Part shown: positions 53,878-64,000 of the stretch, one piece after another
Position numbering within the stretch: position 1 is the stretch's first letter
Layout of the letters: each line of letters opens with the position of its first letter
Assembly (NCBI GenBank): GCA_965243205.1
Contig: CBDEUK010000002.1
Span: 1,728,001 to 1,792,000 of the forward strand
Length of the DNA: 64,000 nt
Source: Gammaproteobacteria bacterium
Lineage (GTDB): Bacteria > Pseudomonadota > Gammaproteobacteria > Eutrophobiales > Eutrophobiaceae
Direction of reading: 5' to 3'
Position numbers and translations under genes: made by a program
Notes under the pieces: model-generated
What the model was told of the DNA's origin: nothing
Databases searched by the model: none
Seen by the model: the letters and a program-made list of their open reading frames with translations, nothing else

Positions 53878-54618
53878 TTAAATTGGACAGATTTCATCAG
53901 CCAGTTTTTGAGCTTCTTCGAAATTTAAAGTCCCTTCATAAATTGCTCGTCCAGTAATTGCGCCTTCAATACCTTCTTCAGCAACTTTGCATAGTTCGCG
54001 GATGTCATCGAGGTTTTTAATGCCACCAGAAGCAATGACGGGAATGGTAATGCTTTGTGATAATTCTAACGTTGCTTCAACGTTGACGTTGTTTAGCATG
54101 CCATCACGACCGATATCGGTAAAGATAATCGCCGCAACGCCATCATCTTCAAAACGCTTTGCCATATCAACCGCATCATGATGAGATAATTTTGACCAGC
54201 CATTAGTAGCTAGCTTACCGTCTTTGGCATCCAAGCCTACGATGATGTGGCCAGGAAACTCTAGACAAATATCAGAAACAAAATGTGGCGTGGTTACGGC
54301 TTTGGTGCCGATGATTACGTAGTTAACACCTGCATCTAAATAGGTTTGGATTGTATCTTCATCACGTATGCCACCACCGACTTGAATCGGTATATCTGGA
54401 AAAGCGTCGACAATGTCGTGAATAATGTCAGCATTTTCAGGCCGTCCAACAGTAGCACCATTAAGGTCGACTAAGTGTAAACGTCTAGCACCTGCTTCGA
54501 TCCAGCGACCAGCCACTTCAATAGGATCTTCAGCATAAATGGTTTCATCATCCATTTTGCCTTGGCGTAAACGAACACATTTGCCATCTTTTATATCGAT
54601 TGCAGGGATTACTAACAT
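53878..54618 (-). CDS. hisA: ProFAR isomerase HisA
   Basis: [40 protein letters not shown]. Confidence 0.97.
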   Translation of the reverse strand: MLVIPAIDIKDGKCVRLRQGKMDDETIYAEDPIEVAGRWIEAGARRLHLVDLNGATVGRPENADIIHDIVDAFPDIPIQVGGGIRDEDTIQTYLDAGVNYVIIGTKAVTTPHFVSDICLEFPGHIIVGLDAKDGKLATNGWSKLSHHDAVDMAKRFEDDGVAAIIFTDIGRDGMLNNVNVEATLELSQSITIPVIASGGIKNLDDIRELCKVAEEGIEGAITGRAIYEGTLNFEEAQKLADEICPI

Positions 54619-54723
54619 AGGAATTTCATAACTTAAGGTGGGTGGATATTAAAATGTTTTTACGAACGATTTATTCTTTTTGGTTAAATAAATTATTGTT
54701 GATATAAGTTTATCTTAGCATAG

Positions 54724-54751
54724 ATATTATAATTCTCTAGCAGACTGTCAA
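54724..54751 (-). promoter_or_regulatory. Sigma70 promoter for hisA-hisFIE-tatABC
   Basis: Minus strand TTGACA-N16-TAATAT in the polA-hisA spacer. Confidence 0.55.
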
Positions 54752-54786
54752 AAATATGACCAAATACTCGGTTTCTAAGTGCTGAA

Positions 54787-57480
54787 TTAATGAGCGGCAT
54801 TCCAATTTGCCCCTGTACCGACATCTACTAACAACGGAATAGATAATTTAGCTGCATTCGTCATTAATGGATTAATATTGCTTATCACGTCTTCTAATTC
54901 ATCATTAGGGACTTCAAATACCAATTCGTCGTGAACTTGCATAATCATCTTGGTGCTAAGCTGGTTTGACTCGATCCAGCTGTGGCACGCAATCATCGCT
55001 AATTTAATAATATCAGCAGCGGTTCCTTGCATTGGCGCATTGATAGCAGTGCGTTCGGCATATTGTCTACGCATAGCATTCTTTGCATTAATCTCCGGTA
55101 AATACAAACGTCGATGGAAGACTGTTTCAACATAACCTTGCTCTTTGGCTTTTTCGCGAATTGTATCCATATAATTTTTCACGCCTGGGTAACGCGCGAA
55201 ATAAGTGTCCACATATGCTTTTGCCTCGGCACGACTAATGTTTAATTGCTTTGCTAAACCAAACGCAGACATGCCGTAGATCAATCCGAAGTTAATGGCT
55301 TTGGCGGAACGTCTTTGTTCAGAGGAGACGTTGCTTAAACTTACACCAAAGATTTCAGCAGCAGTCATTTTATGAATATCTTCATTATTATTGAAAGCAC
55401 TTAGAAGTCGTTCATCTTCTGATAAATGCGCCATGATACGCAGTTCGATTTGTGAATAATCGGCTGCGACTAAAACATGATCGGGTTTAGCAATAAATGC
55501 TTCACGGATCCTTCGCCCTTCTTCTGTACGAATAGGGATGTTTTGTAAATTCGGATCAGATGAAGACAACCTTCCTGTTGCGGCAACCGCTTGATGATAT
55601 GAGGTATGAATCCTCCCAGTCTTTTCATTGACCTGTTCTGGTAGTTTATCGGTATAAGTGCTTTTTAATTTGTTTAAGCTACGATAATCCAAGATCAGTT
55701 TAGGTAGTTCGTAATCTACAGCGAGTTCTTGTAAAACGGATTCAGCTGTCGAAGGTTGGCCTTTAGGGGTTTTAGCGAGAACTGGCAATTCCATTTTATC
55801 GTATAGGATTTCTTGAATTTGTTTCGGTGAAGAAATATTAAAGCTTGAGCCTGCGATATCATGTGCTTTTCGTTCGATCATGTTCATGGATTCATCGAGT
55901 TCGTGGCTTTGTTGCAATAGCATTGCTGAATCTACTGCAACACCATTTCGTTCCATTGTGATAAGCACATCAATTAAAGGTAGCTCGATGTTTTCATAAA
56001 CAGAAGAAAGTTTTTTATCTTGGTTTAAATTTTTTGATAATTGTTCGTGTAGCTTTAAAGTAATATCAGCATCTTCAGCTGCGTATGGACCTGCTTGATC
56101 AATATCAATTTGATTGAAGGTTAATTGTTTTACACCTTTGCCTGCGATGTCTTCGAAATGAATGGTTTCGTGTTGTAAATATTTTGTCGCAAGAGAATCC
56201 ATGTCATGGCGTGTTGCTGTTGAGTCATAGATATAAGATTCCAGCATGGTATCTTGTGCAATGCCTTTCAAAGAAATACCTTCGTTTGCTAAAACATGTG
56301 CATCGTATTTTAGGTTTTGTCCGAGCTTCTTAATGCTTGCATCTTCAAGCAAAGGCTTAAGAGTATTGAGAACAAATTCTTTATTGAGTTGTTCTGGCGC
56401 TCCAGCGTAGTCATGCGTTAATGGTACATAGGCGGCTTCATTAATTTGAGTAGAAAAGGAAACTCCTACAATAGAAGCCTGCATATAATCTAACGAGGTA
56501 GTTTCTGTATCGAAGGCGAATAGTTCGGCTGATTTTAATTTATCAATCCATTCAAGAAATTTGGATTCTTCGTAAATAATTTGGTAGTCAGTTTCTTGTT
56601 TTTGTTGGGGCGCTTCAATATTTTCTTCAGAGAGTTCTTCTAACCAGTTGCGAAACTCCCAACGGTTGTATTGTTCTTTTAACACAGCATTATTTTGTTT
56701 GCCGATCACAAGGTCTTTTGGAGAAAACTCTAATTCAACGTCATATTTCAGTGTGATGAGTTCTTTTGATAATGGAATGTTGGGTAAATTATCACGTAAG
56801 CTTTCACCAACCTTACCTTTAATAGCGTCGGCATTTTCAATAATGCCATCCAAAGTTTTATATTCAGTTAACCATTTTACGGCGGTTTTGGGACCAACCT
56901 TAGGAATGCCTGGAACGTTATCAGAGGTATCTCCAATTAAAGTTAAGTAATCTAAAATTAATTCAGGGCCTATGCCAAATTTCGCTATCACGCCTTCACG
57001 ATCCATGATGGTGTTTTGCATAGTATTAATCAAAGTGACATTGTCATTAACAAGTTGAGCAAGGTCTTTATCACCTGTAGAAATTAAAGTCTGTATATTG
57101 TGAGTCTCAGCTTGCACTGCCAGCGTAGCAATCACATCATCAGCTTCAACGCCTTCAATCATTAATTTAGGAATACCAATGGCTTCGATAATTTTATGAA
57201 GAGGTTCGATCTGACAAACCAGATCTTCAGGCATAGGAGGTCTATTGGCTTTGTATTCAGGGTATAAATCATTGCGAAAGGTTTTGCCTTTAGCATCGAA
57301 TACAATAGCAAAATAATCTGGTTGCTCCTCGTTTAGAATTTTTTTGATCATATTAATAACACCAAAGATAGCGCCGGTTGGTTCGCCGCTGGCGTTTTCT
57401 AAACGTTGGAGTTGCGGTACATGATAGGCTCGAAAAAGATAATACGAGCCATCAATCAAGATGAGTTTTTTATCAGCCAT
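54787..57480 (-). CDS. polA: DNA polymerase I
   Basis: 5'-3' exonuclease (YKANR, EADDVI), 3'-5' exonuclease (FDTETT), polymerase motifs (DYSQIELR, KAINFGLIYG, QVHDE). Confidence 0.99.
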   Translation of the reverse strand: MADKKLILIDGSYYLFRAYHVPQLQRLENASGEPTGAIFGVINMIKKILNEEQPDYFAIVFDAKGKTFRNDLYPEYKANRPPMPEDLVCQIEPLHKIIEAIGIPKLMIEGVEADDVIATLAVQAETHNIQTLISTGDKDLAQLVNDNVTLINTMQNTIMDREGVIAKFGIGPELILDYLTLIGDTSDNVPGIPKVGPKTAVKWLTEYKTLDGIIENADAIKGKVGESLRDNLPNIPLSKELITLKYDVELEFSPKDLVIGKQNNAVLKEQYNRWEFRNWLEELSEENIEAPQQKQETDYQIIYEESKFLEWIDKLKSAELFAFDTETTSLDYMQASIVGVSFSTQINEAAYVPLTHDYAGAPEQLNKEFVLNTLKPLLEDASIKKLGQNLKYDAHVLANEGISLKGIAQDTMLESYIYDSTATRHDMDSLATKYLQHETIHFEDIAGKGVKQLTFNQIDIDQAGPYAAEDADITLKLHEQLSKNLNQDKKLSSVYENIELPLIDVLITMERNGVAVDSAMLLQQSHELDESMNMIERKAHDIAGSSFNISSPKQIQEILYDKMELPVLAKTPKGQPSTAESVLQELAVDYELPKLILDYRSLNKLKSTYTDKLPEQVNEKTGRIHTSYHQAVAATGRLSSSDPNLQNIPIRTEEGRRIREAFIAKPDHVLVAADYSQIELRIMAHLSEDERLLSAFNNNEDIHKMTAAEIFGVSLSNVSSEQRRSAKAINFGLIYGMSAFGLAKQLNISRAEAKAYVDTYFARYPGVKNYMDTIREKAKEQGYVETVFHRRLYLPEINAKNAMRRQYAERTAINAPMQGTAADIIKLAMIACHSWIESNQLSTKMIMQVHDELVFEVPNDELEDVISNINPLMTNAAKLSIPLLVDVGTGANWNAAH

Positions 57481-57596
57481 TAATATAGATTACCAATTTG
57501 TCAGTTATAGTTATGAAGTGTCAGGCTCTTTACTATATGATTCGAACCAGAGAATAGAATCATCAGAATCGATCGTAAACAACAATAATACCCATT

Positions 57597-58307
57597 ATGA
57601 GTGAACAAAAACAATTTGCCCATCCAGTCATCACCGATAGTGATTTAACCCGTGAATCTTGGAAGGTTTTCCAAATTATGGCGGAATTTGTGGAAGGTTT
57701 TGAAAAGCTATCTGGCTGCATTCCTTCCGTTAGTATGTTTGGTTCTGCCCGTTTCAAGCCAGATCATAAATATTATCAATTAGCAGAAGATATCGCACAA
57801 CGATTATCCGATGCTGGTTTTTCCATCGTCAGTGGTGGGGGCCCAGGCTTGATGGAGGCATTTAACAAAGGTGCTTCACAGGGTAGTTCGCAAAGTATCG
57901 GTTTGAATATTTCTTTGCCACACGAACAAGGAAGTAATGATTACCAAAGTTTATCATTATTTTTCCGGCACTTTTTTTCACGTAAAGTGATGTTTGTTAA
58001 ATATGCTTCGGCTTATGTTGTACTACCAGGCGGGTTCGGTACTTTAGATGAATTAGCGGAGATCCTTACCTTGACACAAACCGGTATGAGTAAAACCATT
58101 CCGATTATTTTGGTTGGTAGTGAGTTTTGGAGTGGTTTGGTTGATTGGTTCACGGAGACCTTAGTAAGCGAGGGTACGATCAGCCCTGATGACATTCATT
58201 TGTTTTCGGTCGTAGACAAACCGGAACAAGTCGTCGAAACTATATTTAAATATTATGAACAGCGTGGTTTTGAGCTATCATCTCTATCTGAAAACACAAA
58301 TCTTTGA
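57597..58307 (+). CDS. LOG family nucleotide monophosphate nucleosidase (TIGR00730-like)
   Basis: FGSAR, SGGGPGLM, FF.RK.MF, PGGFGTLDE. Confidence 0.9.
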   Translation: MSEQKQFAHPVITDSDLTRESWKVFQIMAEFVEGFEKLSGCIPSVSMFGSARFKPDHKYYQLAEDIAQRLSDAGFSIVSGGGPGLMEAFNKGASQGSSQSIGLNISLPHEQGSNDYQSLSLFFRHFFSRKVMFVKYASAYVVLPGGFGTLDELAEILTLTQTGMSKTIPIILVGSEFWSGLVDWFTETLVSEGTISPDDIHLFSVVDKPEQVVETIFKYYEQRGFELSSLSENTNL

Positions 58308-58313
58308 GTTGGC

Positions 58314-58682
58314 GTGATTATGAAATATATTTCTGTTTTGGCATTATTTTTTAGCGTTTCATTATTAACATTACCTATTTCTGTTTTTGCTGCAGAAGAC
58401 GAAGTCGAGTTTGAAGCTGTTCCTGAGCCACCTCAGTTACCTGATCCACTGGAAAGTGGTGAGGCAATTGAACCAGAAGTGACGATTATCCAAAAAGATG
58501 AAGGGACTATACAAGAATATCGCATGAACGGTTTTCTTTACAAAGTCAAAGTCACTCCGAATGTTGGTCCTGTATATTATTTAGTTGATCGAAATGGTGA
58601 CGGTCAATTAGAAAAAGTGAACGATGTTCAAGCGCTTGATAACGACTTTGTTGTGCCGCAATGGGTATTGTTTGAGTGGTGA
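58314..58682 (+). CDS. DUF2782-like exported protein
   Basis: Signal peptide; EPEVTII, EYR.NG.LY..KVTP..GP.YYL.D..GDG, VPQW.LF.W. Confidence 0.8.
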   Translation: MIMKYISVLALFFSVSLLTLPISVFAAEDEVEFEAVPEPPQLPDPLESGEAIEPEVTIIQKDEGTIQEYRMNGFLYKVKVTPNVGPVYYLVDRNGDGQLEKVNDVQALDNDFVVPQWVLFEW

Positions 58683-58686
58683 GCTG

Positions 58687-60051
58687 TTAACGTAATATAA
58701 ATAGCGTTGCTAGCCCTAAAAAGGTTAAAAAACCTACAACATCCGTAACCGTCGTTAATATCACTCCACCAGCGACGGCTGGGTCGACACCAAAACGTTT
58801 TAACGCTAGTGGTATGGTCGCACCAGATAGTGCTGCAACAAAGAGGTTAATCATCATAGCAAGGCCAATGATGATCCCTAATTCACTACTTTGAAACCAA
58901 TAATAGGCGATAAAGCCAACAACACTGGACCAAACTAAGCCGTTAATCAAACCTACTGCCAATTCTTTTATCATCATGTGGTGATAGTTTCGTTTGCTGA
59001 TATGTCCTAATGCAATACCTCGTATGGCAATAGTTAGAGTTTGTCCGCCGGCAATTCCTCCCATGCTTGCGACGATCGGCATTAAAACCGCTAAAGCCAC
59101 TAATTTTTCGATAGAGTCTTCAAATAAACCAATGACCCATGCAGCAAGAAAAGCAGTCAGTAAATTAACTCCTAGCCAAAGCGCTCTAGTTTTCGTACTC
59201 GAAATAATAGGCGCAAAGACTTCATCATCTTTTACACCAGCCATGCTACGAACAGCCGATTCAGCTTCTTCTTGAATCACATCGACTACGTCATCAATCG
59301 TAATACGACCAAGAAGGTAACCGTTGTCATCGACTACTGCAGCTGAAACCCAGTCACGCTGTTCAAAAATTACAGCGACATCATGAGCTGAATGATCGGC
59401 AGGAATACCTGCTTCTTCTATCATTACATCGCCAACGGCATCTTCAGGGTCTTTGATGAGCACATCCATCAGTGGTAGAACACCTAGATAGACATTGTCT
59501 CGATCCACGACCATTAAATTATCGGTTTGTGTGGGTAAATCTTCTCGGTGACCTAAAAAGCGTAAATAACGTGAGACGGTTCCTATGGTCGCATCCGTAC
59601 GAACTGGTATGACATCCGTGCTCATTAAACCGCCCGCACTGTCTTCTTCATAACTTAAAAGAGAGGCTAAACGTTGACGGTTTAGATCGTCCATAGAATG
59701 CAGCACACTATCCTGAACATTTTCAGGTAAGTCTTGGATGATGTCGGTTAAATCATCATCTTCAAGATCTTTGGTGACCTCAACTACCTCATGAGGTTGC
59801 ATTTGTTCTAGTAAACGGTTACGAATACCGTCTTGAACTTCACTGAGAACTTCACCTCCGATTTCAGGATCGATCAAAGGCCAAATGAAGTCGACGTCTT
59901 TATTTGGCAAGCCTTCTAGGAAGTCAGCAATCTCGGATGGATGAATGTTTGATAAAATAGAACGAACAATATCCTGCTCTCCAGCATTGATAGCAGCATG
60001 GAGTTCATCTAAAGAACTAGTAATGGGAAATTGTCCGGTGGTCTCAGTCAT
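58687..60051 (-). CDS. mgtE: Magnesium transporter MgtE
   Basis: HP.EIA, Y.EDSAGGLM, CBS pair, GRITIDD, DPA.AG...LTT.TD. Confidence 0.96.
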   Translation of the reverse strand: MTETTGQFPITSSLDELHAAINAGEQDIVRSILSNIHPSEIADFLEGLPNKDVDFIWPLIDPEIGGEVLSEVQDGIRNRLLEQMQPHEVVEVTKDLEDDDLTDIIQDLPENVQDSVLHSMDDLNRQRLASLLSYEEDSAGGLMSTDVIPVRTDATIGTVSRYLRFLGHREDLPTQTDNLMVVDRDNVYLGVLPLMDVLIKDPEDAVGDVMIEEAGIPADHSAHDVAVIFEQRDWVSAAVVDDNGYLLGRITIDDVVDVIQEEAESAVRSMAGVKDDEVFAPIISSTKTRALWLGVNLLTAFLAAWVIGLFEDSIEKLVALAVLMPIVASMGGIAGGQTLTIAIRGIALGHISKRNYHHMMIKELAVGLINGLVWSSVVGFIAYYWFQSSELGIIIGLAMMINLFVAALSGATIPLALKRFGVDPAVAGGVILTTVTDVVGFLTFLGLATLFILR

Positions 60052-60152
60052 TGTTCATCGCCGATTTTGGTAGATGATTCTACCAGTTGGATTATCAATA
60101 GAAAGAGCCGATTAGATTTTAAATCTTTAAAGTGATTTTTATAGCGGTGAAT

Positions 60153-61886
60153 TTAATGTGTAATTTCCATTAAATCGGCAATCTCTTTTCCGCTTTCCAT
60201 TGTTAACGCATTTTCAGCTATTTGAGTTAACTCACCCACATCACTGTTATTCACAATTTGTTTGACCTCAAGGATGCCGCCTGGATGCACACTAAACTCT
60301 CTTAGCCCAAGTCCTAATAGTAATCGCGTATAACGAATATCACCCGCCATTTCTCCACACATTCCAACAGGAATGTCAGCAGCAGCGCCTGCTTGCAAGG
60401 TGTTATGAATTAATTTAATGACTGCAGGGTGTAACGGATCATAAAGATAGTTAACTTCATCGTTCACACGATCAATGGCAACAGTGTATTGGATTAAATC
60501 ATTTGTGCCAATCGATAAAAAATCCAAATATTTTGCAAATAAGTTTGCGCAAACTGCAGCTGCAGGAATTTCGATCATCGCACCTACTTTTAAATTGGTA
60601 TCAAACGCTAAATTCTGTTGTGATAAATCAAGTTTTAATTCATCGATAATAGATAGTACCTGCCTTACTTCTTTTAAGTTAGACAACATAGGTATTAATA
60701 AATGTACTGGTCCATAAGCAGAGGCTCTAAGAATGGCTCGAAGTTGAGGTCGAAATAGGCTCTGTTCTTTCAAACACAAACGTACAGCACGTAAGCCTAA
60801 AGCTGGATTCGATTGAACAGGGCCATCCTTACGTCCACCATCGACTTCTTTATCAGCACCGAGATCCAAAGTACGAATGGTCACAGGTAAACCATCTAGA
60901 GTTTTAATAACTTCCATATAGGTTTCATAATGTTCTTCTTCATCAGGCGGTGTCTCTCGATTCATGAACATAAACTCAGTTCGATATAAGCCGACACCTT
61001 TCGCTCCAACTTCGCTGACTTTTTCAAAATCGCTTGGCAATTCAATATTTGCCTTTAGATCGACTGGGATACGATCTAAAGTGATAGAAGGCGCATTTTT
61101 TAATTTGCCTAAGCTGGAGTAATACGCTTCTTCTTCAGCTTGAAGCTTTTGATAATGTTTTAATCGTGACTCATCTGGTTTAATTAAAACAACGCCGTTT
61201 GTTCCATCTAAGATGACATCATCATCTTCTTTAATATGTCGCATGAGTTTTTGAATACCTACAATGGCAGGTATACGTAAACTTCGAGCTAAAATAGCAG
61301 TATGAGATGTAGGCCCGCCGTATTCAGTAGCAAAGCCAGTGATGCCATGATGTTGCATTAAAACAGTATCGGCAGGAGATAAATCATCTGCTAATACAAT
61401 ATAACCGTTTAGACGTGTTTCAGGTTCTTCATGACGTAAAGGTGCATGCTTTAATAGAATACGTTGAATTCGGTTTACGACATGATCAATATCGTCCTTA
61501 CGTGTTCTTAAATAACTATCGTTCATTTCTTCGAACACGTTTACTAATGCATCGCGTTGTAATTTTAGAGCCCACTCCGCATTACATAGAGTTTCTTTGA
61601 TCATGCGTTCTGGTTCCATGATCAAAGCATTATCATTTAACATTAAAAGATGAGCATCTATAAAATCTGTAATTCCAGCAGTTGCTGAAGTAGGAATATG
61701 TTCTCGAATTGCTCTTAGTTGTAATTTAGCGTTAGCAACTGCATCACTAAAACGTTTTAACTCAACTTCAATTTTATTCGTTTCAATTTTGTATTCAGGG
61801 ATATCTAATTGATCGCGTTCAATAAGATGAGCTTTGCCAATTGCAATGCCACGGGAAACTTTTATACCTTGAAGTGTTATGGTCAT
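60153..61886 (-). CDS. ptsI: PEP-protein phosphotransferase (PTS enzyme I, no GAF domain)
   Basis: TSHTAI, GLYRTEF, RTLDLGADK, NPALGLR, SIGTNDL, CGEMA. Confidence 0.95.
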   Translation of the reverse strand: MTITLQGIKVSRGIAIGKAHLIERDQLDIPEYKIETNKIEVELKRFSDAVANAKLQLRAIREHIPTSATAGITDFIDAHLLMLNDNALIMEPERMIKETLCNAEWALKLQRDALVNVFEEMNDSYLRTRKDDIDHVVNRIQRILLKHAPLRHEEPETRLNGYIVLADDLSPADTVLMQHHGITGFATEYGGPTSHTAILARSLRIPAIVGIQKLMRHIKEDDDVILDGTNGVVLIKPDESRLKHYQKLQAEEEAYYSSLGKLKNAPSITLDRIPVDLKANIELPSDFEKVSEVGAKGVGLYRTEFMFMNRETPPDEEEHYETYMEVIKTLDGLPVTIRTLDLGADKEVDGGRKDGPVQSNPALGLRAVRLCLKEQSLFRPQLRAILRASAYGPVHLLIPMLSNLKEVRQVLSIIDELKLDLSQQNLAFDTNLKVGAMIEIPAAAVCANLFAKYLDFLSIGTNDLIQYTVAIDRVNDEVNYLYDPLHPAVIKLIHNTLQAGAAADIPVGMCGEMAGDIRYTRLLLGLGLREFSVHPGGILEVKQIVNNSDVGELTQIAENALTMESGKEIADLMEITH

Positions 61887-62152
61887 TCGTCTTCGCCGAA
61901 GCGATCGTTAATGAGCGATTCGATGGAGTTTAGAGCGTCTTCTTCATCTGCTCCTTCTGCTGAGATAATAATTTCTGATCCTTTGCCTGCTGCTAACATC
62001 ATTACACCCATAATACTTTTGCCACTAACATCTTTGCCGTTGTAATGAATGTTGATTTCAGATTCAAAACGAGAGGTCGTTTGTACAAATTTTGCGGCTG
62101 CTCTTGCATGCAATCCGAGTTTATTAATAATTTCGACTTGTCGGTTTGCCAT
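61883..62152 (-). CDS. ptsH: HPr phosphocarrier
   Basis: N.LGLHARAA (His15), GKSIMGVMML (Ser46). Confidence 0.94.
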   Translation of the reverse strand: MANRQVEIINKLGLHARAAAKFVQTTSRFESEINIHYNGKDVSGKSIMGVMMLAAGKGSEIIISAEGADEEDALNSIESLINDRFGEDE

Positions 62153-62153
62153 A

Positions 62154-62543
62154 TTATTTTCCTTCTACTTCAACAATACCGTCGCGTCCGCCGGATAAAG
62201 CTTTTTCTACTAATTCATCTAATGAAAGTTGAGGGTAATTTAAAACCCGAATTAACATCGATAAATTTAATCCAGCGATAGCACGAGTATTATCATCTTT
62301 AAGTTTTGCAGCAATATTACTGGGTGTAGAGCCATACTGATCGGTAAGTATTAACACACCGTCACCGCTATCCAGTTGTTTAATGTAGTCGTTTGCAGTT
62401 GCTGCCAGCTCGACTGGATCACTGTCGCGCGAAGCCATCAGAAGTTTGGCCTGTAACGGGCAACCGCCAAGCATATGTGATGTGGTGCCAAGCAACGAAG
62501 GCCCGATACCATCATGGGTAATGATTAATAGTCCAACACTCAT
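62154..62543 (-). CDS. PTS EIIA, mannose/fructose family
   Basis: LLIITH, LILTD.YGSTPSN, GLNL.ML. Confidence 0.9.
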   Translation of the reverse strand: MSVGLLIITHDGIGPSLLGTTSHMLGGCPLQAKLLMASRDSDPVELAATANDYIKQLDSGDGVLILTDQYGSTPSNIAAKLKDDNTRAIAGLNLSMLIRVLNYPQLSLDELVEKALSGGRDGIVEVEGK

Positions 62544-62555
62544 GGTTATGTTTAT

Positions 62556-63431
62556 TTACGTTTTTAGTTCTCGATGACGTAGGATGACACTTTTTCCAGA
62601 TTCAATAAAATGATCAGATAATTCTTTGGAAATATAAACCGATCGATGTTGGCCGCCTGTGCAGCCAATGCCAACGGTTAAATAACTGCGGTTATCTTCT
62701 TCAAATTGTTTGATCCATCGATCAAGAAAATAACGAATATCCCGTAGCATTTCGGTAACTACTTCTTGTTTTTTTAAAAATTCAACAACAGGGTTATCAA
62801 GCCCGGTTAAAGGCCTTAGGCTTCTTTCCCAATGTGGATTAGGTAAGCAACGAACATCGAAGACAAAATCAGCATCTTGCGGTATGCCATTTTTAAAACC
62901 GAAAGATAAAAATTGCAATGATAAATTTTTGGTTTCTCTTTTAGCAATACGTTTACGAACGGTATTTCTTAGTTGATGTAATAAGCTATGGCTCGTATCA
63001 ATGCGAATGTCACAACGTTCCGATAAAGGTAACATTAACTCACGTTCTTTTTGTATCGCATCGGATAATGATACTTCGTTCGATGATAAGGGATGTTTAC
63101 GACGAGTTTCGCTAAAACGTTTAGTTAAAACATCATCAGAAGCTTCAATAAAGACTAAGTCGACAGAAATGTTCTTGCCTGCCATTTTATCAATGGATTC
63201 TGTTATGGTATTGAAATCAATGGAAGGATCTCTGGCATCAATTCCGATGGCCACTTCAGCAGGTAGTTTTGTTTCAGTATCGGCAAGTTGTTCAATAAAT
63301 GCGTCTAGCAACGAGCTTGGAAGATTATCGATACAATAAATATCTAAATCTTCAAGTGAATTAAGTACCACCGTTTTTCCGGCACCTGAAAGCCCACTTA
63401 CAACGATTAGTCGTCTGGGAGTTTTGCTCAT
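62556..63431 (-). CDS. rapZ: RNase adapter/P-loop protein RapZ
   Basis: SGLSGAGK, DNLP, TRRKHPL, SFGFK.G, DVRCLPNP, IGCTGGQHRSV. Confidence 0.96.
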   Translation of the reverse strand: MSKTPRRLIVVSGLSGAGKTVVLNSLEDLDIYCIDNLPSSLLDAFIEQLADTETKLPAEVAIGIDARDPSIDFNTITESIDKMAGKNISVDLVFIEASDDVLTKRFSETRRKHPLSSNEVSLSDAIQKERELMLPLSERCDIRIDTSHSLLHQLRNTVRKRIAKRETKNLSLQFLSFGFKNGIPQDADFVFDVRCLPNPHWERSLRPLTGLDNPVVEFLKKQEVVTEMLRDIRYFLDRWIKQFEEDNRSYLTVGIGCTGGQHRSVYISKELSDHFIESGKSVILRHRELKT

Positions 63432-64000
63432 GTATTATTTCCTCGATCGATTAATGCTCGTTGTCGATCTGTAAAAGCATCAGCGGCATTATAACCACTG
63501 CTTCTTAAAATATAATTACGGGCAGCACATTCCAACAATACTGCTAAGTTTCTGCCTGGTGCTACTGGTAAGGTTATTTCAGGAATATCAATATCCAGTA
63601 CTTTACGGTTTCGATAACTACCTTCCAGTCTATCCAGTTTTAAGACTTCATTGTTATTCATCGGTTCTAATCGAGTAATCAATCGTAGATATTTATTATT
63701 TTTAATTGCACTGTCGCCAAACAATTCGCGCACATTTACGATACCTAAACCACGTACTTCTAAGAAGTCTTGTAAGGCCTCAGGACAAGTGCCATTGACA
63801 ATATCAGGTGCGATTCTTGAAAATTGTGGTGCATCATCGGCAACTAAACGGTGGCCTCGTGTGATTAATTCCATTGCTAATTCGCTTTTGCCAATACCAC
63901 TCGGTCCCACAATCAGTACTCCAATGGCCATAACTTCCATAAACACACCATGCATGGTTAAGTTATCAGCAAATAAGTTGGTTAAAAAATAATACAGGGA
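63428..64000 (-). CDS. hprK: HPr kinase/phosphorylase (5' end beyond window edge)
   Basis: HGVF, G.SGIGKSE.A.ELI.RGHRLVADD, EVRGLG, PV.PGRN; frame open to position 64000. Confidence 0.96.
   Translation of the reverse strand, partial: SLYYFLTNLFADNLTMHGVFMEVMAIGVLIVGPSGIGKSELAMELITRGHRLVADDAPQFSRIAPDIVNGTCPEALQDFLEVRGLGIVNVRELFGDSAIKNNKYLRLITRLEPMNNNEVLKLDRLEGSYRNRKVLDIDIPEITLPVAPGRNLAVLLECAARNYILRSSGYNAADAFTDRQRALIDRGNNT

Overview
Core-chromosome window around the replication origin of an AT-rich, non-enteric gammaproteobacterium. From left to right: a Rap1a-like protein (5'-truncated) and a Sel1 protein flanking a roughly 190-nt structured intergenic element; yebC-ruvCAB-ybgC-tolQRAB-pal-cpoB-queEC; a patatin; a double-binding-domain MltF with murU-amgK; kdsD-kdsC; an aa3-type cytochrome c oxidase cluster; bioBFHCD/comF with a BirA operator; gyrB-recF-dnaN-dnaA / rpmH-rnpA-yidD-yidC-mnmE, with DnaA boxes and two parS sites inside recF; an envelope-glycan cluster (two GT4s, WaaL-like ligase, DUF6165, GT9, GT10, ELM1-like protein, 2OG-Fe(II) oxygenase); zf-CHCC, ilvE, ArsR, tatABC, hisAFIE, polA, LOG, DUF2782, mgtE and a regulatory PTS (ptsI-HPr-EIIA-rapZ-hprK). 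Four genes absent from the ORF track were translated by hand: rpmH, rnpA (probable CTG start), a 47-aa cox-cluster membrane protein and a 58-aa zinc finger. I saw no rRNA, tRNA, CRISPR, transposase, integrase or phage genes. Most of the window is ordinary housekeeping DNA, and I cannot establish a new system from it. The best candidates are the multi-hairpin element at 322-513 and the ELM1/2OG-oxygenase/glycosyltransferase cluster. All family assignments come from motif recognition by eye; no searches were run.
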